Assembly: GCF_009914755.1 (NCBI RefSeq)
Contig: NC_060947.1
Length of the DNA stretch: 64,000 nucleotides
Origin: the human T2T-CHM13v2.0 reference genome, Homo sapiens
Strand: one strand, 5' to 3'
Below the pieces are notes generated by a model. It did not search any database and was not told the DNA's origin. It saw nothing but the letters and a program-made list of their open reading frames with translations. The position numbers and the translations under genes were made by a program. How positions within the stretch are numbered: position 1 is the first letter of the stretch; the number at the start of each line of letters is the position of its first letter. Below are positions 13,830-26,974 of this stretch, piece after piece.

Positions 13830-15120
13830 AGTCTTAAGACAATACAGAAGCAATCTAGGATACGGCTGAAGAGAGTCCAAGGCTAGGAGTAGAGTAGTAG
13901 GGGATTGGTTCTCCTTCCACCACCACCACTGCAGTCCAAGTGGCCACCATCTTCTCTCATTTTGATACTTCAACAGCCTCCTGGCTGGTTTCCCTAGATA
14001 AACCTGCCATTCTCTGCATCGCAGCCAAAGTGATCTTTTAAAAATGTAAATCTGGGCTGGGCGTGGCGGCTCACACCTGTAATCCCAGCACTTTGGGAGG
14101 CCAAGGCAGGTAGGTCAAGAGATCAAGAAATCCAGACCATCCTGGCCAACATGGTAAAACCCCATCTCTACTAAAAATACAAAAATTAGCTGGGCGTAGT
14201 GGCATGCACCTGTAGTCCCAGCTACTTGGGAGGCTGAGGCAGGAGAATCAATCCCTTGAACCCGGGAGGCAGAGGTTACAGTGAGCCAAGATCACGCCAC
14301 TGCACTCCAGCCTGGTGACAAAGTGAGACTCTGTCTCAAAAAAAAATTGTAAATCTGATCATAATTTACCATTTATAAGTTGTATGACCCTGAGCAAATT
14401 ATTCAGGGCAAATGACTCAACCTCTCTATGCTTCAGTTTCCTCATCTGTAAAATAAGGATGTAGTTCAAAGGCTGTTAGGAGGATAATGAGCTAACATTT
14501 ACAAATAACTTGAACAATAAGTAACACATGTAAGGACTAAGTATCTGCTATTAGTATTACTTTACCACCCACCCACCCACCTCCCTGCCTTAAAAACATC
14601 TCAGTGGGTTTCCTTTACTCTAAAGCTAAAGTTCAACCTCATTAATATGACCTACAAAGCCCTCCATATGATTTGACTCTACCCACTCACCAGCCTCATC
14701 TCAAGTCACCCTGTGTCTCACCAGTCCCTAACAACACTGGCTTTCTTAAAGCTCCCAAAAGGAGTCATCCTCCTTCCCACCTCAAGACCTTTGCATATGA
14801 GGTGCCACCTGCCTCAGCTTTTCTCTCCCACACTTCACTTAGCTCATTCACATCTCTGGAAACTCAGCTTAAATGACATTTCCTTAGGGAACACTTCCCT
14901 GATCTCCCAGTCCACATGAGATACCCATGTTATACTCCCTCATTAGCACCCCTTGTAAGCACAGAACCACACAAATGCCACCACCATTACATTGTAGTAT
15001 CTAATGCCTATCTCCTCTATTAGAATGTAAGCTCCATGAGATGAAAGACTTTGTCTTATTCACTGCTTTATCCCAAGTACTTGGCCCAGTACCTGGCACA
15101 AAGGATTGCTCAATAAATAG
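13830..15120 (+). mobile_element. L2 3' region with nested Alu and MIR
   Basis: L2 motifs GTGATCTTTTAAAAATGTAAATCTG, AATGTAAGCTCCATGAG, ACCTGGCACA...CTCAATAAATA; MIR core CTTCAGTTTCCTCATCTGTAAAAT at about 14430. Confidence 0.7.
14054..14346 (+). mobile_element. Alu (AluSc-like)
   Basis: Dimer; TSD about AAATGTAAATCTG. Confidence 0.94.
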
Positions 15121-15719
15121 GTATTACACTTTAAAAAAAGGTCCTCCTTTTACTCTTTTTCCCTCTCCTCTTGCTTCTTTCAGGGAAGTGAGGAAGAGCA
15201 AACAATAAGGTGCAATAGCACGAATTCCATGCCATCTCCCCTCTCCCTATTCATCCCTTTCCTCTATTCTTATACCTCTCCTCCTCCCCTTCCTTTCTAC
15301 CACCCTTAACAGCTGTCCCTTCATTCCTCCATCTTCTGAGGTTTCCTCTCTTCTCCATCTCCTTCCAGCTGGCCACCACCCAAAGAGTCACTGTAAGACT
15401 TCACCCCTAACCACAAACTGCCTGTAATGAAAGGCACTGTTTATATTCAAACCAGACCGGTGGCCAGAATGTGGTGGTCACTGTAAATTATCATGGGGAA
15501 CAAAATTTCAGTATCTCCAAAGAAGGAGCATAAAGTTATATCAGAGATGATTTTTTTAATTGTTGCTACTTGACTACCACTTGGCCCAACTCCCAAATGT
15601 CATGCCACACCATTGTAAACACAGTCCTTATTTAGGACTGCAGAAAGAAGCAGGGTTACATCGCATGCAGAAAGAGCCCAGAACGTCTGAGCGGAACGAA
15701 TAGAACATCTGAATACTGA

Positions 15720-15935
15720 GAAACTGGTTGTGAGACCAGGACCCATGGCAACCCTGTTAGTTCCATGATCTTGAACAAGGTCATTTAACCTCTCTGAACT
15801 TCAGTTTCCTCACCTATTAAATGGAGATGATAATAACACCTACTTCATGAGGTTGTTAGGAATCAACGACCTCAGTATGTGTTAAAGCACTTTGTAAATT
15901 ATAAAATGTTCTATGCAAATATTTGATTTATTACT
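15720..15935 (+). mobile_element. MIR
   Basis: AACCTCTCTGAACTTCAGTTTCCTCACCTATTAAATGGAGAT core. Confidence 0.75.
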
Positions 15936-16401
15936 GAGGTCTAACATTTCAATTAATTCTCCTTTCAAGTCTCACTAACAACAGTTAATGAACGTAACAG
16001 AAAATAATATTCTAAACCTCAAATTATTATAAACCTTAATGAGATGATATGTATTTGTTTACCTCACAAGATAACTACTTCATTATTAAACAATTAATAA
16101 TTATTGTTAATAATTATCATTAATTTTCCTATTTTTATTTTATATTTGAACCTATAACTTACCTGTTTCTTCTGGTGTATCACTGTTTTCACTTTCTTTG
16201 AAACTAGTTTTATGTCTTATATGAATGTTCACCCTAGAGATCTACTCTAGTTCCAAAATATAATGAGTTAAGATATAAGTATCTTATATACATGGAGCTT
16301 TTCTAGGCACATTCCAGCTACTAATTAAAATAATGGGTCACAGTTCCAGTTGTGACAAAGGTTTACAAAATAAAATTTAAAACACAGCTGTTAATTCATA
16401 A

Positions 16402-16909
<508 letters not shown>

Positions 16910-17449
16910 TGACAAATATTAAATTTCACTCATGAAAACTAGGATTCTATCTACCTATATAAATAAGAATTCCAAATACCAAAAGATCATTTTAAAATTG
17001 TATAATTCACTATCATGTTTATCATTATCTTTAACACCTAAGTGACTACAATCTACTAACCACCAGCAAGGCTTTCAGCAACGTATAGGCAATAAAGACA
17101 GAAATACTATTTCTTGGACCTATTAAGGAAATGATCAAAAATTTCCTATCATATATTAACATTCGCTTTTAACCGCATACCTATTGTTCTCTCTACATAT
17201 TCTTTAACTATTCAAACACTGGCATTATAAAAATAATGTTATTACTATTTCAAAATATTGCATAATTCTTCATTAATCTCATTTAGTGATGACTGTACTG
17301 GTGATTCAGTGGTTAGATGTTTTACATCTAGTTAAACTTCCTCTTTGGTTTTAAAAACATCACTGTTGTGATTTGCTGTCACATTCTCTCAAATTAAAAT
17401 GCAACACCTTCTAGTCTAGATTAACAGATTAAATTATTTTTAAAGATTA

Positions 17450-17596
<147 letters not shown>

Positions 17597-17856
17597 CTAT
17601 GAGGGAGGAAAATGTATTATATATACTTCTTTTCAGTACATGAAGTAAACTTACTTATCTTTTACTATTTCTGTGATATATGGAACAATAAATACAATAA
17701 AATCCATTTATATGGCTGGGCCAAATCAGATACTTTTTTGTACTGTTATATTTTAGAGACTATGATTTGGCAATGATACAAGTAAATCTGACCCATAGAT
17801 CATGTTGCAACAGAAATCTACTTTAGGACATAAAAACTGGCCTTGTACAGTTTTAC

Positions 17857-17967
17857 CTTTGGAATCTTTGGCTCGCTGACACGCAAAGCCTCTCTAAAGT
17901 AGGCATCCACTGCGTAGTTTGCTTTGCGTTCTCGTTTAGGAGGTTCAATCCATTCCACCATGCCAAG
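17857..17967 (-). CDS. SMARCA1: SMARCA1 exon 18 ([15 protein letters not shown]...KIPK)
   Basis: 111 nt. Confidence 0.96.
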
Positions 17968-18327
17968 CTATACACAACAAACAACAACAAGGGGTTTAAT
18001 GACTCCAAACAACAGTTTTATCAAAATCAAGTACATCGAGGCTGCAGAAACATAAGGAAGCAAAAGCCATCAGGAAGAATCAAAACTTGCCTTATAAATC
18101 ACAATTTACCTCCAAAGTTCCAAAACATAGTGGTACACCAAGTTTAGATGCAAAGACAGTTTTCTTTATTTTTATTTGAAAGTAGCTTTTAAAGTTAGTT
18201 CTTCCTTGGTGATTGAGAAGAATCTGTACAATCTGGTTTTTTTTGGTCAAATTAAATAAATAAAAGGTAGCTAATATAGACGGAAGAGTAACATTGACTG
18301 TGGTAACTGTAATACGTGCATGAATTA

Positions 18328-19150
18328 GAAGACATTTATGCAGCCAAAAAACACATGAAAAAATGCTCATCATCACTGGCCATCAGAGAAATGCAAATCA
18401 AAACCACAATGAGATACCATCTCACACCAGTTAGAATGGCAATCATTGAAAAGTCAGGAAACAACAGGTGCTGGAGAGGATGTGGGGAAATAGGAACACT
18501 TTTACACTGTTGGTGGGACTGTAACTAGTTCAACCCTTGTGGAAGTCAGTGTGGCGATTCCTCAGGGATCTAGAACTAGAAATACCATTTGACCCAGCCA
18601 TCCCATTACTAGGTATATACCCAAAGGAATATAAATCTTGCTGCTATGAAGACACATGCACACATATGTTTATTGTGGCATTATTCACAATAGCAAAGAC
18701 TTGGAACCAACCCAAATGTCCAACAATGATAGACTGGATTAAGAAAATGTGGCACATATACACCATGGAATACTATGCAGCCATAAAAAATGATGAGTTC
18801 ATGTCCTTTGTAGGGACATGGATGAAATTGGAAATCATCATTCTCAGTAAACTATCGCAAGAACAAAAAACCAAACACCGCATATTCTCACTCATAGGTG
18901 GGAATTGAACAATGAGATCACATGGACACAGGAAGGGGAATATCACACTCTGGGGACTGTTGTGGGGTGGGGGGAGGGGGGAGGGATAGCATTGGGAGAT
19001 ATACCTAATGCTAAATGACGAGTTAGTGGGTGCAGCGCACCAGCATGGCACATGTATACATATGTAACTAACCTGCACAATGTGCACATGTACCCTAAAA
19101 CTTAAAGTATAATTTAAAAAAATTTAAAAAAGAAGAAAAAAAAGAAAGAA
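18328..19150 (+). mobile_element. Young 5'-truncated L1 (L1PA2-like)
   Basis: ORF2 C-terminus (...KHRIFSLIGGN), 3'UTR G-tract, GACGAGTTAG and ACTTAAAGTAT (not Ta ACA/G), A tail; 1-nt frameshift near 18525. Confidence 0.93.
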
Positions 19151-19249
19151 ACAGATGAAAGGGGTAAATAATAAATGTCAACATGATAAGCATATATCCC
19201 TTCAAATCAAGAGAAATATTCAAATGAGACCTTCTGGAAACACAGGTAT

Positions 19250-19440
19250 GGCAGAGTTGGAAAAGTGGTGGAAACAGAAAGACCAGGATTCTGCTACTTC
19301 ACTAGTTATATAACTTTGGGGAAATTATTTTTTTCCACCTGCAAAATGAGAATAATAATACTTACCTTGAGGATTACATATGATCATATATGTGAAAGCA
19401 TTAAGTAAACTGCCAAGAGTTAAATGCAAGATATTATTAA
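19250..19440 (+). mobile_element. MIR
   Basis: CCACCTGCAAAATGAGAATAATAATACTTACC. Confidence 0.6.
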
Positions 19441-21389
19441 ACATCCAAAGTAGCATCAACCATGATTTGGCAGCATTACCAATTTTACCCTATTATCAGC
19501 TAGAAAATATAATTTAACAGTCAACAGACAAAACTGACACTACAATGTTCTGGAGTCTGAGAAATGGCTTCCTAATTCATATTTTTCTTTATTTCTGTCC
19601 TTAGCCTAGTATCTTTACATAAAAGGGGGCATTAATCCACCATTAGTTGTCTCACTCTACTTGATCTAATCTAAGGGCTGAATTCCAACCTTGGCATCGT
19701 ATTTTAAGAGTGGATAATAAACCAAGATGACCAGTATGGTTAGAGATCTACAAATTCTCACAGTGTCTAGAGAAGTAATGACTAAAGACAGACACAACGG
19801 TGACATTCGCATATGAAAGTCTATCAAATAGAAAAGAACACAGTCCTTCATTGATCCATAAGATTAAAATCAATGTGGAAAGTTAGAGAAAGTAGATGGC
19901 TACTCAATATAATTTAACTATTCATTAATTACCTACTGTATTATGTGCAAGTCAGTGTCAGTGATATACACATGAATAAAATAATCTCTTTCATCAAGGA
20001 ACTTGTAACTCAAATAAAAAGTTTTCTGAGAACCAGAGAATATAAAACAGTGAAACAAACTACCCTGAGAGGGATAAGATTCCCAACACTACAGTGTTCA
20101 GAGGCTGCATATCTGTCTTGGATGCTAAAGATGAGATTTCTTAATTACAAGAAACTTAACATAAATGACCTTCTAACTCTAAGAGCCTGAGATACCGATA
20201 TTATAATGAGATTATTAAGTAAAATGAGAAATTCCCACAGCAATGAAACAAATTTCGCTTTTCCTTCAGATGGATTAATGTGAAGCGACAGTAATGAAAG
20301 AGATATTTTATAAATAACCAATATTTTATCTTTCTCAATTGGAGTAAAAATAAATTAATAATAATTTAAACCAACATTCTACAAGTGATGTATTTAGCTA
20401 TTTAACCTATACTTGTTTGATGGTCTAGGCATTCAAATTTGAAACAAACATTGAAGGCCAATTCCTCAACTTTCAAAAAAAAGAATAAATCATACCGAAT
20501 TAGTTTACTTTACATAAGAGTACATTAATGCTAACTTATCTGGGTTAATTTATTCAGGATCACAGCCATCATGATTTAATTTACCAGGTATGGTTGTAAA
20601 AGTAATGCAACTGATTCAACAAACCATATATGAAAATCTACCTCAATGTATAGTTTCCATGATTTAAAAATGATATTCTTTCAAGTTTTCACTTCTCCTC
20701 AAAAGATAATTTAAACCTATTTTAAGAACCTATCTAGAAAACACAAAGAGGCAGAAATAAAATATAATCTCAGCTCAGAATATTCAGAAAAAAATGTGAT
20801 TCTGGACACCACTGTTACTGTCAGACATTTAATTATAAAAATACAAGTCATCATGGTTATTAAAATTCTCTTTACGCATCATTACTTTGCTAAAATTAGA
20901 AGCACAAGGAAACCAGTTACAGATAGCCAAGTATTTTACTAATTTTTCTCTAAAAATGTGGATAAGAAGCTCCACTGGTATTTAGACTTCATTGTTTAAA
21001 ATTTTTCCACTTCATAAAACACTCCTATTATCCATAAGTCTGCAGGAATAATTGTAAAATTAATAAAACTTATATCACATAATGAGATCTCAAAAGCATA
21101 TTAGAAAGGCAATTTCCACCCTGTGCAGATAGGCCATCACCTCCATCTCAGCAGGATAAAATATAAGCCGTCTAAGTGAAGATTAGAGATAGGACAACCT
21201 GACAAATACAAATCAAGAAACTAAAAGCTATCAGAAGCAGTAACAGAAACAAAGCATTATCAGCATACTAGCTACAGTGCAAAACCAAAATGTCTCACCT
21301 CTCATTTTTCAGTAAAATAAGTACCTAAGAATGAGCTTTTTTATTTTAAGAAAATTCATTTCTGTCAGTTCAAAAATATAACAGCTTTA

Positions 21390-21710
21390 TAGAGCAATTT
21401 GAGCAACAAAATATATAAAGATAGAACTGGATTATAACTCAAAACATCCATGAGTCCATACTGATATAAATAAATAACTGAAGACACAAATAAATTGGGG
21501 AGAAGGGGTAGATCTTCCACACAGAAAAATATCAATTAATAAATACATATAGATGGAATGAAGAAAATACAAAATTACCATTAGGCAAACACCACAATAA
21601 TAACTACTGCAGGCAAGCTCCACCAGTACATGCTAAAATCAGTGAGTAAAAGTCTGAGAAAGATCTCCCCACAAGGTATTTATCAATTACAGAGGGAAAA
21701 ATGGCAGACA
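21390..21710 (+). mobile_element. Old L1M (L1MC/MD-like) 3' fragment
   Basis: CATGAGTCCATACTGATATAAATAAATAA...CCATTAGGCAAACACCAC. Confidence 0.6.
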
Positions 21711-22800
21711 ATGTATTGGAAAGCCTGGATTACCAGGCAGAAGCCTGCCACAGGGGCGCTGCCCTGTGGAGCGACTCTACTAAGGCAATGCTGAGTGGAA
21801 ATGTGAGGTTGGAACTCCTACACAAAGTCCCCAACAAGGGCACTGCCTAGTGGAATTGGGGGTGTTGCAGGGACCCTAGAATTACAGAGCCACCAGCATC
21901 AAGCAACTCCTATCTGGAAAAGCTGCAGGCACCATACTCTAATTCATGAGAACAGCCACGTGGGCTGTACCCAGCAAAGCCCTGGAGGCAGGGCTGCCCA
22001 AGGGCTCGGGACCCCATTTCTCACACTAGTGTGCCCAGGATGGGGGAAACAGAGTCAAGGGAGATCATTTTGGAGCTTTAATGCTGGGTTTTGGACTTGC
22101 ATGGGGCTTGGTACCCCTCTCATTAGGCTGATTTATCCCTTTCAGAATGGAAATGTTTACCCAATGCCTATATAACCATTGTATCTTAGAAATAAATATC
22201 TTGTTTTTGGTTTTATAGGCTCACAGCTGTAAGGAACTTGCATTGAGACTGAGATGAGACTTTGGACTTTTTAGCTGATGCTGGAACAAATTAAGACTTT
22301 TGAGGACCATTGGGATGGAATGATTATAATCTGCAATGTGAGAAGGGCATGAGATTTGGGAGGCCAGGGGCAGAATGCTATAGTTTGGATATGTTTGTCC
22401 TCCAAATCTCACATGGAAATTTGATCCCCAGTGTTGGAGGTGGGGCCCAATAGGAAGTGTTTGGGTCATAGGGGCAGATCTCTCATGAAGGGCTTGGTGT
22501 AGTCCTCGAGGTAATGAGTGAGTTCTCTCATTCTATTAGTTCCTGACAAAGAGCCTAGCATTTCCCTCCTCTCTCTGGTACTGTCTCTCTCTCTCTGTCT
22601 CTGCCATGTGGTCTCTGCACACACCAGCTCTCCTTTGCCTTCTGCCATAAGTGAAAGCAGGCTGAGGCCCTCACCAGAAGCAGATGTTGATACCATGCTT
22701 CTCTTACAGCCTGTAGAACCATGAGCCAAATAAACCTCTTTTCTTTATAAACTACCAAGCCTCAGGTATCCCTTTACAGCAACACAAATGTGCTAAGACA
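21710..22800 (+). mobile_element. MST (MaLR) internal 3' portion plus 3' LTR (LTR 22376-22800, MSTB-like)
   Basis: MaLR-int motifs, polypurine tract GGGAGGCCAGGGGCAGAA directly before TGCTATAGTTTGGAT...CTAAGACA; 5' LTR absent. Confidence 0.85.
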
Positions 22801-22804
22801 GTAG

Positions 22805-23195
22805 ATATACCAGTTACCCTGATTTGATCATTACACATTGTATATATGTAACAAAATATCACTCTGTATCCCATAAATATGTACAATTAGTATGTGTCAA
22901 CTAAAAATAGAAGGAAAAAATAATAAAGTCTATTTTTTTAAAAATGCACTGTGGGATACTAGATTAGATCCCCTGGAATCTAACACCAGTTAATTAGATA
23001 ATTAACCAATGTCCTTTTCCTGGCACAGGAAAGGACATTAGGAGAAAAACTGGTGTTAATTTCCTGGTTGTGATCATTATACTAACATGTAAATTGTTAA
23101 TATTAGGGGAAGCTGAGTGAAGGCTATAGGTTAGCTCTGTACTATTTTTACAACTATTTTGTAAGTCTAAAGTAATTTAAAAATAAAAAGTTTTA
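22805..23195 (+). mobile_element. L1MA and L1MC 3'-end fragments
   Basis: TACCCTGATTTGATCATTACACATTGTAT...; TCTGTACTATTTTTACAACT...AAATAAAAAGTT. Confidence 0.65.
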
Positions 23196-23550
23196 AAATC
23201 TCAGCCTTAATTTCAGTTTAAAAAACAAGATAAATAAAACCCCCATTTCTTCAACAGACCACATGTAACAAAGTCCTTCTGCATTTAAGTAACTAAATGT
23301 TACTAATATTATTATTCATACAGTTAACATTAAGTGTCAGGCATTATTCTAATAACTTTATGAGTATTAACTCATTTCATCATCAGAATCCCTCTATGAT
23401 GTAACTATTATAACCTCCATTTGATAAATGAGAAAATTGAGAATACCCAGAGTCACTTAATTAGTGACAAGAGTTGAGATTTCAGCTCCAGAATTCAGGA
23501 ATTCAACCTCAATCCTACACTGCTTCTCAATAACAAAAGTAGTACTAAGC

Positions 23551-23632
23551 AGTAGTAGTAGTAGTAGCAGCAGCAGCAGCAACAGCAAAAATTGATGATG
23601 ATGATGATGATGATGATGACGACGACGACGAT
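23551..23632. repeat. Compound trinucleotide STR (AGT)5(AGC)5...(GAT)8(GAC)4
   Basis: Read directly. Confidence 0.95.
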
Positions 23633-23799
23633 AAACCAATAAAATAAACGAAAGATATACCTTGCATGAGATATTTAGACCTATATCAAATTTCACTCTA
23701 GAGCAGGGTATTATAATAGGTAAGTGCCAGTGTTATTTTATAATTGTTATGGGGAGAAATGCTCATTTGAGGGTCTAATGGTTGAGAGTAAAAAGTTAC

Positions 23800-23919
23800 C
23801 TTCTGTTTTTCTCTATAATCTTCTCCCTCAAATTTGTATAAACTTTGTTCAATGTCCATTCTAAAATTTCTTAGAGAAGACTCTCCCATTTTTTGCAGGC
23901 GTTCATTCATCTCTGCAGT
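23800..23919 (-). CDS. SMARCA1: SMARCA1 exon 17 (TAEMNERL...REKQK)
   Basis: 120 nt, AG/GT flanks. Confidence 0.96.
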
Positions 23920-24359
23920 CTAAAGGTGAAAACATTGAAATGAGAAAATTATCACTGAATTACTTGTAAAAGTCTGTGGATTCTCTACCTTTTTAATAGT
24001 CAGGTTTTGACATGAAATATCCAGTCTGCTAATTTACAAGGTATGAATGCAATGCTAACATCAAACCTGAAGTGCAAATTTTACTTGCCCAAGTATTTCA
24101 AATATTTAAATGGTGCTTCCCAAGTACTCTCACTTAGGCTTTCTTTAAAATCTTTTGTCAGTGAAGTTGTACCCACATTATAATTGCTCTTGCATAATTT
24201 AAATGGGACAAATAGCTAAAGCTAAGAGAAAGGCAAAGATGGACTAAAAATACACATTTTGCATACTGGTATGAAACATATTAACACAAGATCATTTAAA
24301 ATGCAGGTTATTACCTGAACTACAAAATTCTTCTGAAAAGCAAATTCAACCAGTTTACA

Positions 24360-24915
24360 AGATATGCAACAAACATAGTAAAATACACCATGGAGATGAA
24401 ATCAGCAAAATCCACACTGTGATTAACTCAAAAGGCAAACAACCTAGTCTTTTCATCAAATAAATTACAAGGAATACAATACATGGCAGGAGAGGGGGCC
24501 TATAGATTTTAAAAGATAGAGATGAAATCTCAACCATGGCAATTTGTATTTTGATTTGCATTCTGATTTAAAAATGAAAAGAAAACTTTTTAAGTATAAA
24601 TATTTACGACACAATTGTAAATTTGAATACTAACTGGATATTTGGTGTTATTAAAGAATTATTGGGGTTTTTCAGGTGAGACAATGTTATAATGATTATC
24701 TTTAAAGAGTCCTTCTATTTTAGAAATACACAGTGAACTATTTACAGCTGAAGTATGTCTGAGATTTGCTTCAAAATAATCCAAGGAGGGGAAAGATAAC
24801 TGGGGATATAGACAGAACAGGACTGGTTGATGGTTGTTAGAAACAGGTGATAAGTACTTCGGGGCTCATTATACTACTCTGTCTACTTTTACTTATGTTT
24901 AAAATTATCCATAAT
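24360..24915 (+). mobile_element. Old L1M 3' fragment
   Basis: GAGATTTGCTTCAAAATAATCC...GGGGCTCATTATACTACTCT...TTTAAAATTATCCATAA. Confidence 0.65.
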
Positions 24916-25108
24916 TTGTGGAGAGGGGAAGGTGAACTAAACACAAAATTACAATATTCTGAAACAACTTATTATGCTTTAACAAATAGTGATTTAGCAT
25001 TTCATGAAATGTTTTATAAAAGATTTTCAATTAACCAATGTATCAGTAGATGATTTCTAGTCCAGTGCAAAAAAAAAAAAAAAAAAAAGATTATAAAAAT
25101 ACAGTCCT

Positions 25109-25415
25109 GGTCAGGCATGGTGGCTCATGCCTATAATCTCAGTGCTTTGGGAGGCAGAGGTGGGAGGCTCACTTGGGGCCAGAGGTTCAAGATCAGTCTG
25201 GGCAACACAGCAAGGCCCTGTCTCTAAAAAAGAAAATTAATTAGATGTGCATGTTGGTACATGCCTGTGGTCCCAGCTACTCAGGAGGCTGAGGTGGGAG
25301 GATCACTTCAGCCCAGGAGGTGGAGACTACAGTGAGTTATCATTGCACCACTGCACTCCAGCCTGGGTGACAGAGCAAAACCCTGTCTCTTTAAAAAAAA
25401 AAAAAAAAAAAAAAA
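25109..25415 (+). mobile_element. AluJ-like
   Basis: Diverged dimer with poly(A). Confidence 0.92.
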
Positions 25416-25718
25416 GCATTCCTTATACATGTGATTAAACACAAAATTTACTTGGCTTTTAGATATAGTATTTTCAATAAAGCATTAGATATAAGGTCAC
25501 TCAATTTTAAACTCTGGTTCTTAGTCTTTCTCACCAAAAAAAAGTTTTAAAGCCTTAATCTACCCCTGGAAATAGATCTACAAGTTGTTGGAGAGAATAT
25601 GAGCTACCTGAAACATGTAGATAATGCAGATAAACATGTACAATGAAAATATAAGTATGCTGAAGTATGTTGATATTAAAACAATCCAGCATGAAAATAA
25701 AATGCTATTTTAACTAAC

Positions 25719-25867
25719 CTTCTTTTCCCCTCTTTCCAGAATAGTTGTAATGTCTTCATCTGTCAACTCACTCTCTTTAGAAGCAAAAACATGGGTGGCT
25801 CCATGCCGTATCATTTGTAACATTTCCTCTTTTGCCAGCTTGTTAGACTGTTGGTCAATGAGTCTTC
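25719..25867 (-). CDS. SMARCA1: SMARCA1 exon 16 (RLIDQQSNK...RGEKK)
   Basis: 149 nt, within ORF 25710..25904. Confidence 0.96.
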
Positions 25868-26207
25868 CTAATGATAAAAATTGAAATTGTACATATTCAA
25901 TCAATCATATTCCAAAGAAGGCATAATCATTCTAATCAGACATTATCACATTTAACCACACATAAAGCTTTAAAGAACAAAAAATTAGTGAGCATTAAGG
26001 TTATTTGTTTAATAAACCCTACAAGTTTTTCTTCTAGCATACTTTCTATTTCTATATAAATTCCCTTCTGTAAAACTCAGTTAAAACCCAGAAGGACAGA
26101 AACTTTTTTTCATGTTCAAACTCTGTTTTCAGATCAAACTTCTCTATATGAAAAGGTACCCTCTAATATGTTTTCAAAAATTTAAAAGTAGCCATTTTAT
26201 CTGCTAA

Positions 26208-26640
<433 letters not shown>

Positions 26641-26830
26641 TCAATTAGCATTTTTAAATTTTTTCCTTTTATTTTTAGGTGATACATAACAATTGTACAG
26701 ACTCATGGGATACACAGTGATGTTTCAATTTTTCCTCTAAGTTTTCAAATTTTGGTCAACTTTTATTAAAAGTAATCTCCTTTGAAGAAAACTACATGTG
26801 TTTTACAAAAAACACCTAATTAAGTTTCTA

Positions 26831-26974
<144 letters not shown>

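Noticed and set aside
16168-16179. 12-nt identity (TCTTCTGGTGTA) with exon 20 suggesting exon duplication
   Set aside because: Similarity does not extend; compatible with chance
18316-18908. 70-aa and 123-aa ORFs
   Set aside because: Frameshifted C-terminus of L1 ORF2 from a 5'-truncated element; not a gene
23457-23696. ORF with poly-Arg/His/Leu runs
   Set aside because: Artefact of the trinucleotide STR
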